Shown here: in pieces, positions 18,115 to 26,235 of the stretch
Numbering within the stretch: the stretch's first letter is position 1
Layout of the letters: each line of letters begins with the position of its first letter
Assembly: GCA_026395675.1 (NCBI GenBank)
Contig: JAPLYF010000084.1
Coordinates: forward strand, 1-45,239
Direction of reading: 5' to 3'
Origin: Candidatus Parcubacteria bacterium
GTDB taxonomy: Bacteria > Patescibacteriota > Patescibacteriia > CAIXNZ01
Length of the DNA stretch: 45,239 nucleotides
Program-made: the position numbers and the translations under genes
Notes under the pieces: model-generated
Databases searched by the model: none
Seen by the model: only the letters and a program-made list of their open reading frames with translations
What the model was told of the DNA's origin: nothing

Positions 18115-18585
18115 TTAATATCTCGCAAAATGGGCAAAGGCGCGGTTGGCTTCTGCCATCTTATGAGTATCAACCTTTTTCTTAAATGCTTCGCCAGTTT
18201 CATTGGCAGCATCTACAAGTTCTAATGATAATTTTTCTGCCATGGTCTGTCCTTTTCTTTTTTTGGCTGCCTCAATCAGCCAACGGGAAGCCAAGGCAAA
18301 TCTTCTTTCTGCCCTGACCGGAAAAGGAATCTGATAATTAGCACCGCCGATTCTGCGACCGCGCACTTCCAAAGAAGGGCCAATATTTTTTAAGGCCTTT
18401 TCAAAAATTTCCAAGGCATCCTGCTTGGTTTTATTGGAAATTTGGTCAAATGCATCATAAACAACCTTTTGCGCGATTGATTTCTTGCCACGCCTCATTA
18501 TGTAATTGATAAACTTGGCTATCTGGAGATTGTGAAATTTTGAATCTAGTAAAATTTCTCTTTTAGTAGCTTGTTTTCCTCTCAT
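18115..18585 (-). CDS. rpsG: 30S ribosomal protein S7
   Basis: Canonical S7 (..GKKS.A..IVY.A.. ; ANRAFAHFR). Confidence 0.96.
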   Translation of the reverse strand: MRGKQATKREILLDSKFHNLQIAKFINYIMRRGKKSIAQKVVYDAFDQISNKTKQDALEIFEKALKNIGPSLEVRGRRIGGANYQIPFPVRAERRFALASRWLIEAAKKRKGQTMAEKLSLELVDAANETGEAFKKKVDTHKMAEANRAFAHFARY

Positions 18586-18603
18586 AATTATAAAATCAAT
18601 AAT

Positions 18604-19038
18604 TTAGGCAGCTTTCTTGGCTGCTTTACTCTTTTTAACTCCGTAAATCGATCGGCCTTTTTGCCTGCCTTCAACCCCCAAGGTGTCATAGCGGCCGCGG
18701 ACAATGTGATAACGCACACCAGGCAAATCCTTAACCCTGCCGCCGCGAATCATGACTATTGAGTGCTCTTGCAAATTGTGCCCTTCGCCTGGAATATAGG
18801 CAGTTACTTCCATGCCATTAGAGAGCCGGACTCTGGCAATCTTTCTTAGGGCTGAATTAGGTTTTTTAGGAGTAGTAGTTGTTACTTTTAAACAAACGCC
18901 TCTTTTATAGGGATTTCCTTTAACCAAATAATTTCTTTTTCTTTTCAAAGTATTAAAAACACTTTCCAAAGCAGGTGTTTTAGATTTTTTCCCCATTTTT
19001 TTTCTTCCTTTTTTAACTAGTTGACTGATCGTCGGCAT
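18604..19038 (-). CDS. rpsL: 30S ribosomal protein S12
   Basis: MPTISQL.KKGR; [36 protein letters not shown]. Confidence 0.97.
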   Translation of the reverse strand: MPTISQLVKKGRKKMGKKSKTPALESVFNTLKRKRNYLVKGNPYKRGVCLKVTTTTPKKPNSALRKIARVRLSNGMEVTAYIPGEGHNLQEHSIVMIRGGRVKDLPGVRYHIVRGRYDTLGVEGRQKGRSIYGVKKSKAAKKAA

Positions 19039-19075
19039 AATAAAAATATAAATTTCAAATTTTAAATTAAAAATA

Positions 19076-19105
19076 TCAGCCAGTGGCTGATCAGCCTTTG
19101 GCTGA
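19076..19105 (-). repeat. twin hairpin element in the rpsL 5' UTR
   Basis: Sense strand: tcagcc aaa ggctga tcagcc act ggctga. Confidence 0.75.
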
Positions 19106-19137
19106 AAAAATAAAACTCTGTGTTTTATTGTAACTTT

Positions 19138-19166
19138 ATTCTACATTTAAGTTGCGAAAAAGTCAA
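19138..19166 (-). promoter_or_regulatory. str-operon promoter TTGACT-17-TAGAAT
   Basis: RC of 19161-19166 and 19138-19143. Confidence 0.55.
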
Positions 19167-19170
19167 GGAT

Positions 19171-19842
19171 TTAAAATAAACTATAAATCTTACCAAATAA
19201 ATTTATTATTAAAGTAAAGATAAAGCTAATTATGCCAATATTTAAAAAACTATCCATAATTATTAAAATCATCAAAATCATTGGGCCATTTTTCTCCAGA
19301 TAAAATTGAAGATGTTCGTATTTTGGCGGCAGGACGGCAAATAAAGCATGAGCACCATCAAGCGGCGGTATGGGAAGCAAATTAAAAATCATTAGCACCA
19401 GGTTATAAACAACCAAAAATGAAAGGAAAATTAAAAGCAAGTTGCCAGAAGCGCTAATAACCTGAAATGGGTCAGCAGGATTTAGGGAAGCAGGGGCGAT
19501 TAGTTTAAAAACAAGGGCAAAAATTATAATGCTTAATAAATTGGCGCCTGGTCCGGCCAAAGAAACCAGAGCCGGACCCCATTTTTGATCTTTTAAATTA
19601 TAATAATTGACTGGCACGGGCTTGCCCCAGCCAAAACCGATTGTCAAAAGTAAAATTGTGCCTAAAAAATCCAGGTGAGCCAAAGGATTTAAAGTTAAAC
19701 GACCAGCGGATTTGGCAGTATTATCTCCTAGGGCTGTAGCCGCTAAAGCATGGCAAAATTCATGGAAAGACAGGGCAATAAGCAAGGACAAAACAATGGG
19801 TAAAAAAATCAATGGTTCTTGAAATAATAGACTAATCAACAT
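19171..19842 (-). CDS. site-2 protease family (peptidase M50) membrane metalloprotease
   Basis: HEFCHALAA HExxH in a TM helix; polytopic; LLPIPPLDG motif. Confidence 0.8.
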   Translation of the reverse strand: MLISLLFQEPLIFLPIVLSLLIALSFHEFCHALAATALGDNTAKSAGRLTLNPLAHLDFLGTILLLTIGFGWGKPVPVNYYNLKDQKWGPALVSLAGPGANLLSIIIFALVFKLIAPASLNPADPFQVISASGNLLLIFLSFLVVYNLVLMIFNLLPIPPLDGAHALFAVLPPKYEHLQFYLEKNGPMILMILIIMDSFLNIGIISFIFTLIINLFGKIYSLF

Positions 19843-19850
19843 ATTATAAC

Positions 19851-19879
19851 TTGATTTTAAATGATTTATCTGTTAAACT
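19851..19879 (+). promoter_or_regulatory. promoter TTGATT-17-TAAACT for rpmB
   Basis: Read directly; would give an mRNA leader of about 155 nt. Confidence 0.4.
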
Positions 19880-19893
19880 GGGTATATTGATAA

Positions 19894-20013
19894 CTGAACT
19901 ACGAAATTTTAATCACGAAAACTCGCGAAATTATAAGTAGTGGTTCAATTTAAATTTTAGTGCCTTTCGTCCCAAAGGGATCCCTTCGGGATGAAAAAAT
20001 TTTCGTGGTTCAG
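19894..20013 (+). repeat. 120-nt TIR-bounded element (copy 1) in the rpmB leader
   Basis: Ends ctgaactacgaaa / tttcgtggttcag are complementary. The 48-nt core at 19965-20012 is identical to RC of 41468-41515. Confidence 0.8.
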
Positions 20014-20040
20014 ACCCACATTATTAATTATCATATCATT

Positions 20041-20220
20041 ATGTCAAGAACTTGTGAAATCTGCGGCCGCGGACCAATGACAGGCGCTAGCCGTAGTCAC
20101 TCCAATATAAAAACATTAAAAAGAAAATTTATAAACCTGCAAACCAAAAAGATTGATGGCAAGAAAATTAGAATTTGCACGAGTTGCTTAAAAACAAGGG
20201 TCAAAGCAGACCATACTTAA
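20041..20220 (+). CDS. rpmB: 50S ribosomal protein L28
   Basis: MSRTCEICGRGPMTGASRSHSN.KT.R.F..NLQ. The ORF-track start at 19960 lies inside the repeat. Confidence 0.9.
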   Translation: MSRTCEICGRGPMTGASRSHSNIKTLKRKFINLQTKKIDGKKIRICTSCLKTRVKADHT

Positions 20221-20295
20221 ATTCGCCTGATATTGAATTTACCATTATTATTAAAATAATATTCAGCAGCTTAATAATTATTAACTTCATACACT

Positions 20296-20448
20296 ATGGC
20301 CGATGTTCAAGCCTACTGCGTCAAATGTAAAGCTAAAAAAACGATGAAAGATGCTAAGGAAATCAAAATGAAAAATGGCAGACCAGCTGTAACAGGAACA
20401 TGTCCTGTCTGCGGTACCAAAATGTTTAGAATCGGCGCAGCCAAATAA
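20296..20448 (+). CDS. DUF5679-like Cys4 zinc-ribbon protein (50 aa)
   Basis: MADVQAYCVKCKAKKTMKDAKEIKMKNGRPAVTGTCPVCGTKMFRIGAAK. Replaces the antisense ORF 20287-20508. Confidence 0.75.
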   Translation: MADVQAYCVKCKAKKTMKDAKEIKMKNGRPAVTGTCPVCGTKMFRIGAAK

Positions 20449-20463
20449 ATGTTCTCTTATCCA

Positions 20464-20493
20464 AAAAACGCTCAATTTTGAGGGCGTTTTTTT
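20464..20493 (+). terminator. imperfect hairpin plus T7 run
   Basis: aacgctc aatttt gagggcg ttttttt. Confidence 0.4.
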
Positions 20494-20656
20494 GGTTGAT
20501 AAAATCAAAATTTTAATCTAAACTATATATAAGATTTTAAAATCAACGGGCTATAGCGCCCGCCGTCGCTAAAGCTATGGCGGGCAGGCAGCAAGAAGGC
20601 TAACTATACACGACGATAGCCAACTGCGGCTCGAATTTAAAAAATTTAATAATTTA

Positions 20657-20730
20657 CGGGCTGTAGCGCAGTTGGCTAGCGCGCATGCATGGGGTGCATG
20701 AGGTCGCGGGTTCAAGTCCCGCCAGCCCGA
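20657..20730 (+). tRNA. tRNA-Pro (anticodon GGG)
   Basis: Manual cloverleaf: cgggctg/cagcccg acceptor, gcgc D stem, catgc-atGGGgt-gcatg, gcggg-ttcaagt-cccgc. 74 nt, no encoded CCA. Confidence 0.88.
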
Positions 20731-20748
20731 CAATGATAAAAACGAGTT

Positions 20749-20778
20749 TCCGCCAAAGGCGGATCCGCCACTGGCGGA
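20749..20778 (+). repeat. twin hairpin element 19 nt after tRNA-Pro
   Basis: tccgcc aaa ggcgga tccgcc act ggcgga. Confidence 0.75.
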
Positions 20779-20804
20779 CAAATCCCACCGCCCCGAATAA
20801 CATT

Positions 20805-20827
20805 AAAAGTCCAATATTCGGACTTTT
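20805..20827 (+). terminator. hairpin aaaagtcc/ggactttt
   Basis: 8-bp stem, 7-nt loop, T-run. Confidence 0.45.
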
Positions 20828-20861
20828 AAAATTGCTTAAAAAATGTTAAAATTTAATAAAT

Positions 20862-22976
20862 ATGAATTTTATTGATATCTTAATTCAAATTTTAACCAAA
20901 CTGCAAAATTTCAGCTATTTGCTGGTTTTTTTAATTTCCTTTTTGGAATCTCTGGCTTTTGTCGGCATTTTTATCCCCGGGACAATTTTTAATATTTTCA
21001 TGGGCTTTTTAGCTGGCAAAGGCATGTTTGACATTGGTGATTTGATCTGGTTTGCGGTTTTGGGCGCAATTTTAGGAGATGGCTTGAGTTTTTATTTGGG
21101 CAAAAAAGCTAATAAAATTTTCCGTCCAGAAAATAGAATTTTCAAATCTAATTATTTAGTCAAAGGCGAAAAATTTTTTAAAAAACATGGCAATAAAAGC
21201 ATTTTTGTAGGAAGATTTATTGGCCCCATTCGTCCCATTATCCCCTTTGTTGCTGGTATTTTTAAAATGGAGACTAAACGATTTATTTTTTGGAATGTAT
21301 TAAGCGCCTTTGCCTGGGCTGCTTTCTATTTATTTTTAGGCTACTTTTTCGGTCAGGCTTGGCAAATTATTGCTGCCTATTCAAGCCGCGCCAGCATATT
21401 TTTGATCGCTTTGGCCATTTTTCTTGTTCTGTATTATCTCCTCAAAGAATTAATTTTAAAAGAAGGCAAAAGATTTCTTTTATTTTTAAAATCAATTTTA
21501 ATTTCAATCATCCAGGCAATCACTAAAAATACTGAAATTATAAATCTGATTAAAAATCATCCGCTAATTTTTGGGTTTTTACAGCATCGCTTGGATAAAA
21601 AAAATTTTTCTGGCTTACCGCTGACACTTTTTACTCTGGCTTTTCTTTATATAATATTTCTGTTTCTAGATATAATCAGAGCAGTTATTAAAAGCGCTCC
21701 TATTACAGCTGCTGACATCCGCCTAGAAAATCTGCTCTATGTTTTTCGCCAAGCCCGTTTGGCCAGAGTTTTTACCTGGATTACAATTTTGGGCGAATGG
21801 GAATTTTGCCTCAGTTTAATTTTCCTCATTTCCTTACTTTTTTGGCTCTGGCATAAGAAAAACTACATCTTGCCTTTTTGGGTGACGCTCGCTGGCACTG
21901 AAATTTTTGTTTTTTTGGGCAAGCTAGCTTTAAATCGGCCCAGGCCTGAAGATGTTGCTCTCTATCTGGAAAAATCCGCTTCCTTCCCCAGCGGCCATGC
22001 TGCTCTAGCCATGGCCTTGTATGGTTTTTTAATTTATTTTGCCTGGCGCCATCTAAAAAGCTGGCCAAACAAACTTAATGCATTATTTGCTGGTATTTTA
22101 ATTATAATCGTTATTGGATTTAGCCGGCTCTATCTCGGACTTCATTATCTGAGTGATATTTTGGGCGGCTATTTATTGGCCTTATTATGGCTTATTATCG
22201 GAATAAATCTAATCGAATGGCCAAGTTTTAAAAAGGAAAAAACCCCAGGTCGAGAAGCTACAAATAAACTTAAGCTAATAACTATTTCTTTGATTATTTT
22301 AGAGGTCTTATTTTATGTCGGGTTTGCTTATCACTTTAAGCCCGAAGTTATTATTCTTGAAGAAGAACATGAAATCAAAATAATTAAATCGGAACCAATA
22401 AAAATTTTCAGTGACTATAAACTCGCTCAATATTCTGAAACAATTGATGGGACTAAACAAGAGCCAATCAGCTTTTTAATTGTGGCTCAAAACGACAATG
22501 AATTAATTAATACCTTTCAAAAAGCCGGCTGGATTTTAGCCGAACCTGCTAATTTAAATACCTTAACTGAAATTGCAAAGTCAGCAATTTTAAATCAAAG
22601 TTATGATAGCGCCCCTATGACACCCTCATTTTGGAATGCCAATATTCATGATTTTGGTTTTGAAAAACCTACTGCCAATAATACAGTCAGACAAAGGCAT
22701 CACACCAGATTCTGGCGAACTGATTATAAAACCAGTGAGGGAAAAAATATTTATGTGGGTACTGCAAGCTTGGATATTGGCATAAAATGGCTAGTTATTC
22801 ACACTATCAAACCAGACATAGATACGGAAAGAGAATTTCTTTTTACTGACCTCCAAAAATCAGATTTAATTAATAATTATTCCAAAGAACAGTTTGTTGA
22901 ACCACTTTTGGGTAAAAATTTTACCGGGGACCAATTCTTTACTGACGGTCAAATCTATATTATTATTTTAAAATAA
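20862..22976 (+). CDS. DedA (VTT) - PAP2 phosphatase - LssY_C-like fusion membrane protein
   Basis: N-terminal DedA-like TM region. PAP2 motifs SFPSGHAA and SRLYLGLHYLSDILGG. C-terminal RHHTRFW...KPDIDTEREF resembles the LssY C-terminal domain. Confidence 0.75.
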   Translation: MNFIDILIQILTKLQNFSYLLVFLISFLESLAFVGIFIPGTIFNIFMGFLAGKGMFDIGDLIWFAVLGAILGDGLSFYLGKKANKIFRPENRIFKSNYLVKGEKFFKKHGNKSIFVGRFIGPIRPIIPFVAGIFKMETKRFIFWNVLSAFAWAAFYLFLGYFFGQAWQIIAAYSSRASIFLIALAIFLVLYYLLKELILKEGKRFLLFLKSILISIIQAITKNTEIINLIKNHPLIFGFLQHRLDKKNFSGLPLTLFTLAFLYIIFLFLDIIRAVIKSAPITAADIRLENLLYVFRQARLARVFTWITILGEWEFCLSLIFLISLLFWLWHKKNYILPFWVTLAGTEIFVFLGKLALNRPRPEDVALYLEKSASFPSGHAALAMALYGFLIYFAWRHLKSWPNKLNALFAGILIIIVIGFSRLYLGLHYLSDILGGYLLALLWLIIGINLIEWPSFKKEKTPGREATNKLKLITISLIILEVLFYVGFAYHFKPEVIILEEEHEIKIIKSEPIKIFSDYKLAQYSETIDGTKQEPISFLIVAQNDNELINTFQKAGWILAEPANLNTLTEIAKSAILNQSYDSAPMTPSFWNANIHDFGFEKPTANNTVRQRHHTRFWRTDYKTSEGKNIYVGTASLDIGIKWLVIHTIKPDIDTEREFLFTDLQKSDLINNYSKEQFVEPLLGKNFTGDQFFTDGQIYIIILK

Positions 22977-22979
22977 TTT

Positions 22980-25403
22980 ATGGCCCAAGATTTTAAAAGC
23001 GGGCTGACTGAAAATGAGGCCCAAAAAAGATTAGAACAATTTGGCTTAAATAAAATTATCATTCCCAAAGAAATTAGCTTCTGGTCAATTACCAAAGAAG
23101 AAATCGCAGAGCCAATGATCTTGCTCTTGCTGGTCATTGGCTTTTTTTATACGCTCTGGGGCAAATTAGAAGATGCCCTGACTATTTTTGTGGTTATTTT
23201 GCTTTTGGTTTTTGTTGAGGTCTGGAATGAATACCGAGCCAAAAAAGCTATTGCCTCCCTGTCAAAAATCTCTGCGCCTAAAACCAAAGTTTTGCGTGAT
23301 AATGAAATTAAAGAAATTAATACCGAAGAAGTTGTGCCTGGCGATATTTTAATTCTAATTCCAGGGACGCGTGTTGCCGCTGACTGCAAAATTTCTCTTT
23401 CTTACAGTCTGCAATTTGACGAATCCTCGCTGACTGGTGAATCTTTTCCCGTAGAGAAAAAAGTCAATGACGAAATTTTTGCTGGCACCTTAGCCGTGGC
23501 TGGCGAAGGCCAGGCTGAAGTTTTTGCCACTGGCAAAGAAACTAAAATGGGGAAAATTTCAGAGCTCTCGAGAGAGATTAAAGAGCCGAAAACAGCCCTG
23601 CAATTAGCCATGAAGGATTTAACAAAAAAACTTGTCTGGGCAGCTCTCTTTATTTCAGCCTTAATTCCTTTAATTGGAATATTACGAGGACAAGAATATA
23701 AGCAAATGGTTTTAATTGGTTTGGCTCTGGCTTTTGCCATTATCCCCGAAGAATTCCCCATTATCATTACCATGATTTTAGGTTTGGGCTCTTATAAACT
23801 TTCCAAACAAAATTTCCTGATTAAAAAGCTTAAAGCCGCGGAAGTTTTAGGCGATGCCACTGTGATTGTTACTGATAAAACTGGCACCATCACTGAAAAT
23901 ATTATGAAGGCTGTTTCTTTTTTTCCCCAAGGCCAAGAAAAGGAAATTTTAAAAGCAGCCATCTCTGCCACTACGGCTTTGTCTTTAACCCCGACAGATA
24001 AAGCAGTCATTAGCCGGGCCAACGAACTTAAGATTGGCAATAATTTTGGCCAAATTATCAGTGAAAGAAATTTTGGTGGCGATCGAAAAACAAAATCACT
24101 TTTACGCGAACAAGAGGGCCAGTTAATGCTCTCTATAAGCGGCGCGCCTGAAGAAGTTTTGGCAATTTGCCAGGGTGAAAAATCCCAGATTGAAATGGCG
24201 TTAAATCAAGAGACAAAAAACGGACGCCGAGTTATTGCAGTAGCCCAAAAGATTATTTCAGCTGCCAATAAAAATACGCCAATAGCTGATTTGGAAAAAC
24301 ATCTTGATTTTATCGGCTTGATTGCTTTGGAAGATCCACCCAGAAAAGGGGTCAAAGAAACTATTGCCCAAGCTACTAAAGCAGGCATCAGAACTATTAT
24401 GGTCACTGGCGATCATCCGCTCACAGCGGCCTTCATTGCTAAAAGCGTAGGCATAAACGCGGCCAAAGTTTTAACCGGAGCAGAACTTGATAAATTATCA
24501 GAGGAACAACTCAAGGAAACAGTAAAAAATGTCAATGTCTATGCCCGCGCTCTCCCAGAACACAAATACCGCCTGGTCCAGGCCTTACATGCTAATAAAG
24601 AAATTGTGGCTGTGACAGGTGATGGAGTAAATGATGCCTTGGCTTTGGAAGCAGCAGACATTGGCATTGCCATGGGCATTAAAGGCACTGATGCGGCCAA
24701 GGAAGCGGCTGACGCAGTTTTGGCTGATGATAACTTTATCACTATCTCCCGCGCTATTTTTGAAGGCAGAAAATTTTATGATAATTTAAGCAAAAGTTTG
24801 AAATATTATTTAGGCGTCAAAGTTGCTTTAATCTCTTCATTATTATTGCCAGTAATTTTTAATCTGCCGTTGCCTTTTGCGCCCATTCAAATTATTATTC
24901 TAGAATTATTCATGGATCTGGCTGCTTCTGCCGGCTTTGTGGCTGAACCTGCTGAGAAAAATATTTATACTAGGCCACCGCGCGATCCCAGACAAAAATT
25001 ATTTAATAAAAAATTAATTATGACGATTTTTATCTATGGTTTTACTTTATTTGCCGCTGTCATGGCTGCTTATTTTTATGCTAAAAGCCAGGGCTATAAT
25101 GTTATCGAAATCCAAACTTTTGCTTTCACTGCCTGGATAATAGGCCATATAATTCTGGCTTATGTTTCCCGTTCAGATAAAGTGCCTCTTTATAAACTCA
25201 AGGTATTCTCCAATAAAACCATGAATCTCTGGCTTGGGGCTGTAATTATTTTTCTCTTTTTGGCGCTAGCTATTCCGAGAATAAATTTTGAACTAAAACT
25301 CGCGCCCATTTCTTTCAGCCACTTTATTCTAATTTTTATTTTTAGTTTAATAATAATCGGCTGGCTGGAAATCAGGAAATTATTTTATAAACCAACTACT
25401 TAA
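22980..25403 (+). CDS. cation-transporting P-type ATPase (type II, Ca2+/Mg2+-like)
   Basis: DKTGTITEN, TGES, MVTGDH, VTGDGVNDALAL; N-terminal GLTENEAQKRLEQFG. Confidence 0.93.
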   Translation: MAQDFKSGLTENEAQKRLEQFGLNKIIIPKEISFWSITKEEIAEPMILLLLVIGFFYTLWGKLEDALTIFVVILLLVFVEVWNEYRAKKAIASLSKISAPKTKVLRDNEIKEINTEEVVPGDILILIPGTRVAADCKISLSYSLQFDESSLTGESFPVEKKVNDEIFAGTLAVAGEGQAEVFATGKETKMGKISELSREIKEPKTALQLAMKDLTKKLVWAALFISALIPLIGILRGQEYKQMVLIGLALAFAIIPEEFPIIITMILGLGSYKLSKQNFLIKKLKAAEVLGDATVIVTDKTGTITENIMKAVSFFPQGQEKEILKAAISATTALSLTPTDKAVISRANELKIGNNFGQIISERNFGGDRKTKSLLREQEGQLMLSISGAPEEVLAICQGEKSQIEMALNQETKNGRRVIAVAQKIISAANKNTPIADLEKHLDFIGLIALEDPPRKGVKETIAQATKAGIRTIMVTGDHPLTAAFIAKSVGINAAKVLTGAELDKLSEEQLKETVKNVNVYARALPEHKYRLVQALHANKEIVAVTGDGVNDALALEAADIGIAMGIKGTDAAKEAADAVLADDNFITISRAIFEGRKFYDNLSKSLKYYLGVKVALISSLLLPVIFNLPLPFAPIQIIILELFMDLAASAGFVAEPAEKNIYTRPPRDPRQKLFNKKLIMTIFIYGFTLFAAVMAAYFYAKSQGYNVIEIQTFAFTAWIIGHIILAYVSRSDKVPLYKLKVFSNKTMNLWLGAVIIFLFLALAIPRINFELKLAPISFSHFILIFIFSLIIIGWLEIRKLFYKPTT

Positions 25404-25423
25404 CAACTTACTACAAAACAACA

Positions 25424-25780
25424 ATGGAAAAATTTAGGTTTTTAAAATGGCCAGTTTATAAAGATGCTAAAAAAATATTTGGTCTAATTTTGGAAACAGT
25501 TGAAAAATTCCCTAATCATATAAGATTCAGTATTGGCCAACAATTGATAAGAGCAGCTTTTTCAATAATTTTAAACATCGCCGAAGGTAGCGGCAGGAAA
25601 ACAGACAAAGAATTGAAAAGATATTTTGACATATCCCTTGGTTCGTGTTATGAATTATTAGCCTGTGCCGATACCTTGTCAGAACAAAATTTTATATCAC
25701 AAGAACTTTTTGAAAAAATCTATGTTTCAATTGATGAAATAACCAATCAACTCGGCGGTTTTAAAAAATCCATAAAATAG
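25424..25780 (+). CDS. four-helix-bundle protein (23S rRNA intervening-sequence / Avd-like family)
   Basis: QLIRAAFSIILNIAEGSGR.T.KE..RYF.ISLGSCYEL is the family signature. Confidence 0.8.
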   Translation: MEKFRFLKWPVYKDAKKIFGLILETVEKFPNHIRFSIGQQLIRAAFSIILNIAEGSGRKTDKELKRYFDISLGSCYELLACADTLSEQNFISQELFEKIYVSIDEITNQLGGFKKSIK

Positions 25781-25810
25781 TTGTAGAGTTGTGGAGTTGT
25801 AAAGTTGTTT
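25779..25810 (+). repeat. four tandem AGTTGTNN octamers
   Basis: agttgtag agttgtgg agttgtaa agttgttt, overlapping the stop codon. Inverted CAACT words lie at 25393-25408. Confidence 0.7.
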
Positions 25811-25813
25811 CAG

Positions 25814-25861
25814 CGGGGTATAGCGAAGTGGTATCGCGGTCCGACGTACGTCGGACAGATC
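25814..25861 (+). other. tRNA-like gene, 5' segment (acceptor, D arm, palindromic arm, variable region)
   Basis: cggggta ta gcga agtggta tcgc g gtccgacgtacgtcggac agatc. Confidence 0.6.
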
Positions 25862-25885
25862 GGCGGGTTTAAATAAATTAATTGT

Positions 25886-26164
25886 ATGGAACAGGGATTT
25901 GTATACATTATACAAAGTCAAACATCAAACAATTATTATACTGGCTCAAGTGAAAATCCTACCAAAAGACTTTCCGAACATAATCGGGGAAAAGTAAAAT
26001 CCACCAGGAATAAAGGTCCCTGGATTTTAAAATTCACACAAGGTTTTCCTACCATAAAAGAGGCTAAGCAAATTGAATACATGATTAAGAAACTGAAAAG
26101 AAGGGATTATCTAGAAAGAATTATTCAAGATGGATATATTAAGATGAAAATAAACGGGCTGTAG
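25886..26164 (+). CDS. small GIY-YIG nuclease family protein (YhbQ/Slx1-like)
   Basis: GFVYIIQS....YYTGSS.N...RL.EHN.GK...T...GPW. The last 3 codons and the stop lie inside tRNA-Pro. Confidence 0.8.
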   Translation: MEQGFVYIIQSQTSNNYYTGSSENPTKRLSEHNRGKVKSTRNKGPWILKFTQGFPTIKEAKQIEYMIKKLKRRDYLERIIQDGYIKMKINGL

Positions 26165-26228
26165 CGAAGCTGGCTATCGCGCCACGTTCGGGACGTGGAG
26201 ACCGGCGGTTCAAATCCGCCCAGCCCGA
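26155..26228 (+). tRNA. tRNA-Pro (anticodon CGG)
   Basis: cgggctg ta gcga agctggcta tcgc g ccacg ttCGGga cgtgg agacc ggcgg ttcaaat ccgcc cagcccg a. Confidence 0.88.
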
Positions 26229-26235
26229 CCCATAG

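Noticed and set aside
20287-20508. 73-aa minus-strand ORF
   Set aside because: The plus strand encodes a clean 50-aa DUF5679-type Cys4 protein followed by a terminator. The minus ORF is its antisense shadow.
20575-20781. 68-aa minus-strand ORF; likewise 26125-26400 (-) and 26195-26419 (+)
   Set aside because: These overlap tRNA-Pro genes and GC-rich tRNA-derived fragments, so they are open frames created by tRNA sequence and not genes.
25424-25780. Diversity-generating retroelement, suggested by the Avd-like four-helix-bundle gene
   Set aside because: There is no reverse transcriptase ORF anywhere in the window, and I found no template/variable repeat pair. The gene is treated as a stand-alone IVS-type cassette.
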